A stretch of DNA of 44,632 bases from Candidatus Poribacteria bacterium (GTDB taxonomy: Bacteria > Poribacteria > WGA-4E > PCPOR2b): positions 1-44,632 of the forward strand of contig JAKZSX010000002.1 of the NCBI GenBank assembly GCA_047517405.1, given 5' to 3'. The notes beneath the pieces are model-generated. The model did no database searches and was not told the origin of the DNA. It saw only the letters and a list, made by a program, of their open reading frames with translations. Made by a program: the position numbers and the translations under genes. Positions 8,734-16,151 of this stretch are shown here, one piece after another. The stretch's first letter is position 1, and each line of letters begins with the position of its first letter.

Positions 8734-8790
8734 GGGCAGGCACAAGATCTGCTCCTACATTTAGCAACCCTTGTGCCTGCCAGATGTAGG
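8734..8790. repeat. composite REP-like element with a 12-bp perfect inverted repeat
   Basis: GGCAGGCACAAG (8735-8746) is the reverse complement of CTTGTGCCTGCC (8770-8781). CCTACAT (8754-8760) is the reverse complement of ATGTAGG (8784-8790). The 5' part is a near-copy of 3483-3511. Confidence 0.65.
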
Positions 8791-8830
8791 TTGTCCTATT
8801 GCAGCGGTATTGATTCCCTTTGCGAATCGC

Positions 8831-8860
8831 TTGCGAATCCATCTCCAAGTGTGGTAGAAT
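8831..8860 (+). promoter_or_regulatory. candidate sigma70 promoter for asd
   Basis: TTGCGA (8831-8836), an 18-nt spacer, then TAGAAT (8855-8860). It lies about 65 nt upstream of the asd ATG. Confidence 0.4.
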
Positions 8861-8923
8861 ATCCCCTTAAGAGCTTAGCTACAATCAGACTTGCACAATC
8901 TAATTCTTCAAGAGGATTATAAG

Positions 8924-9934
8924 ATGGACAGTAGTTACCGTGTCGCCATCGTTGGGGCAACAGGAGCGGTTGGCACGACAATGCGGCAGATTTTGGAAGA
9001 ACGCGCATACCCCGTTGCTTCGCTGAAGTTGCTCGCTTCCCATCGTTCTGCCGGTGAGATTTTGACATTCAAAGATCAACCCATCGTGGTCGAAGAGCTA
9101 ACGCACGATTCATTCGATGACGTTGATGTCGTGTTTTCGTCAGCGGGCGCACCTGTCAGTCGTGAATTTATACCGACTGCGGTGGAAAAGGGATGTCTCG
9201 TCATTGATAACACCAGTGCGTTCCGGATGGACGCAGACACACCGCTGGTAATTCCCGAAGTAAACATGCACGCAGCAATGCGGCATCAGGGCTTGATTTC
9301 CAACCCCAATTGTTCGACCATTCAGATGCTTGTGGCGCTCAAGCCACTCTACGATGTCGCAGGGATTAAGCGTATTGTCGTTTCGACCTACCAGAGTGTT
9401 TCAGGAAAAAGCGGCTCTGCTGTTCTTGAACTGGTTGATCAGACGACAGCTGCATTGGAAGGGCGTCCAATTACATGCGATCTGTTTCCGCATCAGATGG
9501 CGTTTAACGTCGCTTTCGATTGGCCCTTTGCTGATAACGGTTACAGCGAAGAAGAGATGAAGATAGTTCATGAAACACAAAAGATCCTTGAAGATGACAC
9601 CATCGGTATCTCGGCGACAACCGTTCGGGTGCCGGTGTTCTTCGCCCATTCTGAATCGATTAACCTTCAAACAGACAGCAAGCTCACCGCTGATGAAGCC
9701 CGCCAGATTCTTTCCCAAGCTCGCGGCGTTACTGTTGTCGATGACCCGAAAAGTCGGAAATATCCGCTTGCTATCAATGCCGCCGGGCAAGATGATGTAT
9801 ACGTCGGACGTATCCGTGAGGACGATTCCATCGAAAACGGATTGAACTTATGGGTCGTCGCAGACAACCTCCGCAAAGGAGCCGCGTTAAACGCTATTCA
9901 GATCGCAGAGGTCTTGGATCGGATTAATGTGTGA
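8924..9934 (+). CDS. asd: aspartate-semialdehyde dehydrogenase
   Basis: VAIVGATGAVG Rossmann motif, the active-site NPNCSTIQ motif, and typical length. I prefer the ATG at 8924 (MDSSYRV). The ORF track starts at a TTG at 8891. Confidence 0.9.
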   Translation: MDSSYRVAIVGATGAVGTTMRQILEERAYPVASLKLLASHRSAGEILTFKDQPIVVEELTHDSFDDVDVVFSSAGAPVSREFIPTAVEKGCLVIDNTSAFRMDADTPLVIPEVNMHAAMRHQGLISNPNCSTIQMLVALKPLYDVAGIKRIVVSTYQSVSGKSGSAVLELVDQTTAALEGRPITCDLFPHQMAFNVAFDWPFADNGYSEEEMKIVHETQKILEDDTIGISATTVRVPVFFAHSESINLQTDSKLTADEARQILSQARGVTVVDDPKSRKYPLAINAAGQDDVYVGRIREDDSIENGLNLWVVADNLRKGAALNAIQIAEVLDRINV

Positions 9935-10016
9935 TAAATACACATATCTGTGCTCCCGCCGGACCAAGCCGACACGTTAGTGCTAACGGTAAGCTTCAAG
10001 GAGCCAAACCGAACAG

Positions 10017-10226
10017 ATGCCCTCCACACTTGAGAACGAACTGGTTGAAATCTATGAGCGGGAAGTCGAAAAACTAATCGAATCTGAGAGCAAATATCAA
10101 TCAGCCCTCGGAGCCGCCGAGGTTTCCGCTGTTGTCCACGCATTTCGTTTCGCGCTCGAAAACGGTGCAGATAAGGTGACCGTTCAGATGCTCTACGATA
10201 TGATCGACGACAGTTCCGGAGATTAA
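10017..10226 (+). CDS. small acidic, predicted all-helical hypothetical protein (69 aa)
   Basis: ATG start. The composition looks protein-like (MPSTLENELVEIYEREVEKLIESESKYQ...). Its stop lies 3 nt before the ATG of the next gene, which suggests translational coupling. Confidence 0.5.
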   Translation: MPSTLENELVEIYEREVEKLIESESKYQSALGAAEVSAVVHAFRFALENGADKVTVQMLYDMIDDSSGD

Positions 10227-10229
10227 CGT

Positions 10230-12131
10230 ATGCGACTCGAACGTATCATCCTCAAATCTTTCGGCTGTTTTGACCGTAGGGATTTTGATCTGAGCGACGG
10301 GGTGAATCTTATCTTCGGTCCCAATTTCAGCGGCAAAAGCACGCTTGTTAATGCCATTTTTTTTACGCTGACAGGCAAGCCGATTATTCCAAAGGTGAGT
10401 TTGCCTGCAATGGCTCAGTCTGGCGCGCCCAGTGGCACCGCCGGACTCATTTTCCACAACGGAGAGCAGAGCTACCAGCTGTTCCGATCGACGCAGGGAG
10501 AGGTGCAACTCCGTCTTAAAGAGGAAAATGGTGAGAAGTGGCGTATCCTCAGCATGGACAAACGTTCGGCGGACGAAGATCTGAGACAGAAGTTCCATTT
10601 CAGCTATCACCACCTTGCAGCAGCAACATTTCTAAGAGAAGGAGAGATTTTTGAGTTCCTTGCACGACAGCCCGCGGATCGGCGCGATATCCTTTACGCA
10701 TTGCTCGGTATCGATCGGTTGATGGAGGTGCGACAACGTTTCATTGACGGGCGGCGGATTGCCAAGCGAGAGGAGAGGCGGATACAAGACCATCAGCGCA
10801 GTATGCGGGTGACGACGGTCAAGAACCATCGTGAAGAGATTGAGCGGGTTGACGCAGAGCTGAAGAACTTGGAAGGTCAATACGAATTACTGTCGGGTAA
10901 AGGGGCTGAAAGCAGCGATACAGCACTCGTCGCTGAATTGACGCAGGCGCACGAACGATTCCAAAAGGAGATTGACGGGCTAATCCAAGAACGGGCATCG
11001 GTTCTCAGCGGATTCACCGATGTGGATCACCTGCGGGCGTCCATTAAAGAAATTGAGTCAGCGACCGCTAGCACAGGCGGGGTAGAAAAGCAGCGAGAGG
11101 AAGCCATTCAACGGATTGGCAGCCTAAACAGTCAGATCCAAACGCTTTCCGCAGAATGCGAAACCTTGCGCCAATTAATCGACAACGATCACGGGCACTG
11201 TCCAACTTGCCATCAGCCGGTCCAACAAAAGATTATTGCGGGGATCCTTGAAGAGAAAGAGTCAGCGAGGGCTGCAAATCAAGGGGAACTTGAAGCACAG
11301 CAGAAAACCCTCGACGAACAGACTGCTAACATCAATGCCCTGCGTGGACTGAGACAGCGGCATCAGCTGATGCAAAGCAAAGTCGAGCAGCTTGAGCGGA
11401 TCGAGGCGCGACTTGCAAATCTTCAGCGTGAGTTCGATGGGATTGCCAGTCGGTTGGGTACGCTGCAGCCGACACCGCCTCCACAAACGGGCACGGGAGT
11501 TGATGGTGTTACCGATCCCGCACAGATCGCTGAACAACGCCGCCAACTCAAATACCGCATTGACAGCTTGCGCCGACGACTTGTCGGACTTAATAAGGAA
11601 GAAGCGGTTCTCGCCCATAAACTCCAAGAGCTACAGCGGACCCAACACCAAGCGAATCAAATTCTGCGTACACGCCTCAGCTTTGAACTCGCCTGCGACG
11701 GTGTTGATAAGACGATTGCGTCCCTCCAACAGACAATCCTCCAACCCGCCGAAAAGGAAATCCAGCGTTGGCTAGAGCGTATGGACCTGACTCGGTTCTC
11801 TCAGATCGATCTCAAAAGCCAACACCTGCTCCCCTCCCTCAATGTTGAAGGCTTCGAGCGCAACCTATTGCTCCTCAGCGGTAGCGAGAAGATGATGCTC
11901 TACCTCTGCTTCAAAGCCGCGCTATCGGAAGTGTTAGGGGCACTCGGTTTCTTCGTCTTCGACGATCCCACCCTCCACCTCGATCCAGATCGGCGAGGCA
12001 CGATGATTGACTTCATTCAGCGGCTTGCCGAAAAACATCAGGTCATCGTGACGAGCAATGACCCGGAGGTTCGGGCAAGCTTGCCGGACGCACATCTGAT
12101 TGAAACAGTGTCACACACTTCTCAAATGTAA
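10230..12131 (+). CDS. Rad50/SbcC-like SMC-family ABC ATPase with a central zinc hook
   Basis: N-terminal Walker A GPNFSGKST in an MRLERIILKSFGCF... head. A heptad-rich middle region follows. HCPTCHQP (CPxC at 11199-11210) sits at residue 324 of 633. The C-terminus has the signature LSGSEK and Walker B FFVFDDP. Confidence 0.85.
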   Translation: MRLERIILKSFGCFDRRDFDLSDGVNLIFGPNFSGKSTLVNAIFFTLTGKPIIPKVSLPAMAQSGAPSGTAGLIFHNGEQSYQLFRSTQGEVQLRLKEENGEKWRILSMDKRSADEDLRQKFHFSYHHLAAATFLREGEIFEFLARQPADRRDILYALLGIDRLMEVRQRFIDGRRIAKREERRIQDHQRSMRVTTVKNHREEIERVDAELKNLEGQYELLSGKGAESSDTALVAELTQAHERFQKEIDGLIQERASVLSGFTDVDHLRASIKEIESATASTGGVEKQREEAIQRIGSLNSQIQTLSAECETLRQLIDNDHGHCPTCHQPVQQKIIAGILEEKESARAANQGELEAQQKTLDEQTANINALRGLRQRHQLMQSKVEQLERIEARLANLQREFDGIASRLGTLQPTPPPQTGTGVDGVTDPAQIAEQRRQLKYRIDSLRRRLVGLNKEEAVLAHKLQELQRTQHQANQILRTRLSFELACDGVDKTIASLQQTILQPAEKEIQRWLERMDLTRFSQIDLKSQHLLPSLNVEGFERNLLLLSGSEKMMLYLCFKAALSEVLGALGFFVFDDPTLHLDPDRRGTMIDFIQRLAEKHQVIVTSNDPEVRASLPDAHLIETVSHTSQM

Positions 12132-12467
12132 TCGAATTTACCTTTCTCCACTCAATTCACATCTGTACCACGAAAAAATTTTGACTTCATCACGATCGGG
12201 ACGAAAACGACGCTTGAAGCAAAACATCTCATCATTGGTGAAGTGACTCACGTCTCTTTTGTGTTTAATTATGGGGAATTTGGCCCACTCAGTTTTGTAA
12301 CAGTCCGTGTTGATTGGGATATAAAACATAAGATTGAGCGTGCTGAAAATCAGGATACGAGTCCTCAAGGGAGACAAACATCCGAAGAAGAGCGTGAAAC
12401 AGCTCCACAAACAGTGACCTTCGTGCAGACGGGTGGCCCATACTCCGATGGAGGTATGGTGTGAGCA

Positions 12468-12842
12468 GTGGGTGTTCGTGTCCTTAAACAGGGCGAGCGT
12501 GTTTTTCTCAGGTTACGTTCTACTAATGCGCCGTTTGAGCATAATGGGCAGACAGTCAATAGTGGTACTTCAGAATATGGCACTATGTATTCTGTCCAAG
12601 AAGAAGGTGATGAACTTGACCAACATCTCATTAGTCGGGGATGGCAAGGCCTCGATACTACTGTGTTGCAAATGACTCGTATTGTAAGGACGACTCTGAA
12701 ACAACCAGAGCAGATGCGAACATTGGAACGTAGTATGAATGGACTTAAACATCTAACACGAGAGGCTCGCCTCCAAATTGTGATGAACAAGGTGGCGAAT
12801 ATTGAAACGGAGTTGAATCTTCCACATTTTAACAGACAATAA
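12468..12842 (+). CDS. hypothetical protein, possibly the 3' part of a disrupted gene
   Basis: 124-codon ORF (GTG start) with protein-like composition, whereas the antisense ORF is Cys/Arg/Ser-rich junk. It lies in the same frame as ORF 12243-12464, separated from it by one TGA codon. No convincing RBS. Confidence 0.35.
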   Translation: MGVRVLKQGERVFLRLRSTNAPFEHNGQTVNSGTSEYGTMYSVQEEGDELDQHLISRGWQGLDTTVLQMTRIVRTTLKQPEQMRTLERSMNGLKHLTREARLQIVMNKVANIETELNLPHFNRQ

Positions 12843-12859
12843 TATCAAGGAGGATTATC

Positions 12860-12982
12860 ATGAAAACCTTAGCGTTTGTGATGATTGCAATGACCATTGG
12901 CTTCACGAGTGGGAGCTGTGCTCAATCAAAACCTCTTCGATCGTTTGATGTTTTGAGAATGGGAACTTTTTTCTTAGTGTGA
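12860..12982 (+). CDS. 40-aa ORF with a signal-peptide-like N-terminus
   Basis: AAGGAGG lies 6 nt upstream of the ATG. The ORF encodes MKTLAFVMIAMTIGFTSGSCAQSKPLRSFDVLRMGTFFLV. It falls below the ORF-track length cutoff. Confidence 0.3.
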   Translation: MKTLAFVMIAMTIGFTSGSCAQSKPLRSFDVLRMGTFFLV

Positions 12983-13023
12983 ACCCATTGATAGGTCACC
13001 CCGCCTGTCTCAGTCTCTACAGA

Positions 13024-13902
13024 TCACGCTGCCCCCTCCAATCCCAGCTGCCCTGCAAGGTCATCAACAAATTGGCGTGCGACCCGTCCCGATCTGCCGC
13101 TCGATGACGCTTCCCACTCCAACGCTTTCCGATGAAGCTCGTCCGTTGAGAGAGATAATCCACGCTTTTGGGCGTAGTGGGAGACGATCTGTAGGTAGGT
13201 GTTTTGAGAGAACCGATAGAAAGCGAGTCGCAGTCCAAATCGGTCGCTGAGTGAAACCTTCTCTTCGGTCGTCTCTCGCGGGTATAACTCGTCTTCGTCG
13301 TTCTGGGGATACTGGTTTTCCCCAACTTGGCGTGGCATCAGGTGACGACGGTTAGATGTCGCGTAGATGAGGACGTTCTCAGGACGGGCGGCAATCCCGC
13401 CCTCCAGCATCGCTTTCAACTCTCTGTATTCCGCTTCCCCTTCGCTGAAAGAGAGGTCGTCGCAAAAGAGAATATACTGTTCCTGGCGTTCCCACAGGAG
13501 ATCGGCAATCTCTTGCAGATGGAGCAGCCCCTCTTTGTTCACCTCGATCAGCCGCAACCCTTCCGGCGCATACCGATGGAGTATCCCCTTGATGAGCGAC
13601 GATTTACCCGTTCCCCGATCACCCCACAACAGCGCATGGTTCGCTGGGAAGCCGCGCAGAAACTGGCGCGTATTCCGATCTAATTCCTGAATCTGCCGAT
13701 CAACCCCGATCAGGTCGGCGAGGTCCACGAGGTCGGGGTGTTTGACGGGAATTAGACGTTGACTCCGCCACCGAAAGGCGATATGTCCATCGAGTGGTTC
13801 GACGGGATTTTCGATGGCAGCGGTGCTGGCTGTCACGAGCCCTTCCACTTTGTCGAGCAGTTTCTCTACGCGGGGAATAATCGTTTTCCAATCTTGTGCC
13901 AT
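13024..13902 (-). CDS. DUF815 (COG2607) AAA-type ATPase
   Basis: 292 aa with Walker A WGDRGTGKSSL and Walker B ILFCDDLSF. The arrangement is typical of the DUF815 family. G+C is high, like the bulk of the window. Confidence 0.8.
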   Translation of the reverse strand: MAQDWKTIIPRVEKLLDKVEGLVTASTAAIENPVEPLDGHIAFRWRSQRLIPVKHPDLVDLADLIGVDRQIQELDRNTRQFLRGFPANHALLWGDRGTGKSSLIKGILHRYAPEGLRLIEVNKEGLLHLQEIADLLWERQEQYILFCDDLSFSEGEAEYRELKAMLEGGIAARPENVLIYATSNRRHLMPRQVGENQYPQNDEDELYPRETTEEKVSLSDRFGLRLAFYRFSQNTYLQIVSHYAQKRGLSLSTDELHRKALEWEASSSGRSGRVARQFVDDLAGQLGLEGAA

Positions 13903-14045
13903 AGACTTTTTATGTTTTTCCAGTTACTATTTTTGGTTAATTGTTATTGTAGATATGTGCGTTTACTGCTATCCTGTACACTTCCACTAGAATAGTAGCC
14001 ATGATGAGAAAACCTGTAGAAAATCGATTCATAAAGTGGGTCTAT

Positions 14046-16130
14046 TTAATCGGTCGAATTTTCGGACTCATATACGTTTTCGTAATAGTGTAAAATCGTT
14101 TTCAGATCACGCCAGTGCTTCTCATCAAACCAAATGTGTATTGCAAAGTCACTCAATTCCAAGCGTACCTCAGGTTCATCTGAATCTTTCAGAATATCAT
14201 ACAAGACTTTTTGCGCTGCTTTGTCGTTCTTCACATATTCCTGATATTTTGCTGCGCACTCTGGACATAATGCTAGATGTTGAGCCTCGTGTTCTTTGGG
14301 AAAGTAATCTTTTCCGAGAGCCTCTACTGCCTCAAAATAATCATCATCGCTATTGCGCTTCTTGAATGGCATTTCCTGTCTACACATTTGGCATTCCATA
14401 TTGTTAAATTTCGTATATTGCGCCCGAAGGAGAATGTGAGAGTCAATCGTATTACGAGTAGATCTAATACTTCTTGCCCGAATTTCGTATTGTTTTTCTT
14501 CAGCATCGCTGAGTTGTATGGTAAGTCGTTCCGCACGCCGTTTTTCGGTGTTAAGCCTATCAATCATTTCCTCAGGTGATTTACCCTGTGCCCTCAGAAC
14601 CTTAGCAGGTTCGACCATCGTCTCAGCTTCATCACCTGAACTAAATCCTATTTCCTGAGCACGTTGATTCTGATTGCTTTTCTCTCTTTCTTTGAAAATC
14701 TGTTCTAACTTCTGCTTTTCTGCAATCTCACCAAATTTAATTGATTCAAACCATTTTTGTCCTGTCTCGTATGGAAAGCCTTCGGGAAGACGTTCAATTG
14801 ATGCCTCACGAGGGATTACAAAGGAAATTGAGTCGCTATCTTTCTGTGGCACCCACTCTGTTTCTTTTAAATTATGTACAAGACTAGAATGTGCTTCGCG
14901 AGGCTCATTCGATTGGTTCCGACGAAACTGGGCTTTTAAGTAAGATTCAGGCGCACAACTCATCGTTCGCCAAATCAACTTTGCCTTATCAATTGATGGT
15001 TTATAAAACAGATCTTCAAATTCATGGATGCTATAATCTTCATTAATCATTTTCTCGGTAAGCCGACCACCTGGAGCCAACATAAGCCAATAGTATTGAG
15101 GATGATCCTCAGAAATCTCGTGCTTGAATACCTGAAGTTTTGTCTGTACACCTACGGCTTTGGCGAACTTACCAAGCCGTTTTAGATCTATATCGGATTT
15201 TGCATATTTCGGAGAGAGAGGCCTTCTGAAGTGGCTTGAATTTGTCTCCATAGCTTCATAGTATGCTGTCAAACCCGTATCAAGGTAAGGAGAGTCTAGA
15301 AAGATTTTTTCTGGAGATGCCCACCCTTCCTTGTTGTCCAAATCCTTATCAATTTGAAAAATAGGGTAAGATTTGAACAACTCTGCCTGACTTGAATCTA
15401 CCTCTACGAGTTTAATGAATCTTTCCAAATCTGCCTCGCGAGGTTTAATTGATCTAGGCGTATATCGTTGCTTCAAAATCATCTTGATTCGTTCGGTTTC
15501 ATCAACTTCGCGAACCCCAATAGTTTCAAGGGATTTTTTGACCTTTATTGCTTTGTAATCACTTGGTATGTGTTCATCTCCTTGCCGGAACTTTCTCTTT
15601 TTTAAAGTGGTTTTTTGAACCTTCTCGTTTTTTTCTGATTTACGTAAGTCATTGGTCTTTATTTGGCTTGAAACTTTCTTCTTTTCTAAATTGAGTAACC
15701 CATGCTGGTATACTTGCACGTCTGTGTTACCGACCCGCATAAACAGATGGTCATCATCAAACTTTTGCAACTTACCGCGAATTACATAACCTCCACGCAT
15801 AGTGAGAACTATATGTTTCTTGAGAGCTTGTCTTAATTCTCCTTTCTTTAGTTGCATTTTCGTGACACTCTTAGATGGTTGCGCTTTTTCAATGTGCGGT
15901 CTCACATCTAATATTTTCTCAACCGGGAAAGCGAACAGAATATTCCGTATAGGTTTGATGCGGCGCCGGCCTCTGCCGTCATTGCCACGCACCGTACCAG
16001 AATTAATCTCGAAATCTCTCAGGTCGAGAGTATCAGTATCCTCATTTGACAAATAAAAACGCCACGTGTTAGAGTATCGAGTCCGTAATCGATCTGCGTC
16101 CCATTTAGAATTCATTGCGAATCCCCTCAA
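14046..16130 (-). CDS. hypothetical 694-aa protein: Hfq/Sm-like segment, Lys-rich linker, large uncharacterised middle region, C-terminal four-Cys zinc element
   Basis: Uninterrupted ORF. The likely start is the ATG at 16115 (MNSKWD), with GAGGGG upstream. Residues 105-147 read HIVLTMRGGYVIRGKLQKFDDDHLFMRVGNTDVQVYQHGLLNL. Residues 580-625 read CQMC...YFEAVEAL...HLALCPEC. The gene lies 21-36 nt downstream of the helicase gene on the same strand and is markedly AT-rich. Confidence 0.8.
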   Translation of the reverse strand: MRGFAMNSKWDADRLRTRYSNTWRFYLSNEDTDTLDLRDFEINSGTVRGNDGRGRRRIKPIRNILFAFPVEKILDVRPHIEKAQPSKSVTKMQLKKGELRQALKKHIVLTMRGGYVIRGKLQKFDDDHLFMRVGNTDVQVYQHGLLNLEKKKVSSQIKTNDLRKSEKNEKVQKTTLKKRKFRQGDEHIPSDYKAIKVKKSLETIGVREVDETERIKMILKQRYTPRSIKPREADLERFIKLVEVDSSQAELFKSYPIFQIDKDLDNKEGWASPEKIFLDSPYLDTGLTAYYEAMETNSSHFRRPLSPKYAKSDIDLKRLGKFAKAVGVQTKLQVFKHEISEDHPQYYWLMLAPGGRLTEKMINEDYSIHEFEDLFYKPSIDKAKLIWRTMSCAPESYLKAQFRRNQSNEPREAHSSLVHNLKETEWVPQKDSDSISFVIPREASIERLPEGFPYETGQKWFESIKFGEIAEKQKLEQIFKEREKSNQNQRAQEIGFSSGDEAETMVEPAKVLRAQGKSPEEMIDRLNTEKRRAERLTIQLSDAEEKQYEIRARSIRSTRNTIDSHILLRAQYTKFNNMECQMCRQEMPFKKRNSDDDYFEAVEALGKDYFPKEHEAQHLALCPECAAKYQEYVKNDKAAQKVLYDILKDSDEPEVRLELSDFAIHIWFDEKHWRDLKTILHYYENVYESENSTD

Positions 16131-16151
16131 CCATGTCAGTCAACAAATACC

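Noticed and set aside
8666-9068. Minus-strand ORFs of 60 and 90 aa upstream of asd
   Set aside because: They run through the REP-like palindromes and the asd promoter and 5' end. The translations contain the typical REP-derived peptide (..VGADLVPAQ..).
10101-10613. 170-aa minus-strand ORF
   Set aside because: It is antisense to the 5' end of the Rad50-like ATPase gene and the 69-aa gene. It has no motifs or RBS and is a shadow ORF.
12462-12464. In-frame TGA as a possible selenocysteine codon
   Set aside because: I see no SECIS-like stem-loop immediately downstream, and no sel genes in the window. A nonsense mutation or a sequencing error is the simpler explanation.
12138-12790. Minus-strand ORFs of 90 and 141 aa in the low-GC spacer
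   Set aside because: The translations are Cys/Arg/Ser/Phe-rich and junk-like, with no RBS. The plus-strand frame looks more protein-like. I could not assign the tail ...FCFKRRFRPDRDEVKIFSWYRCEL to any family.
13913-13930. GTTTTTCCA..TACT shared with 19238-19253, considered as possible att-like direct repeats flanking the AT-rich island
   Set aside because: The match is only about 13-14 nt and includes an indel. The right-hand copy is simply the reverse complement of the helicase start codons (ATGGAAAAAACT). No integrase is present.
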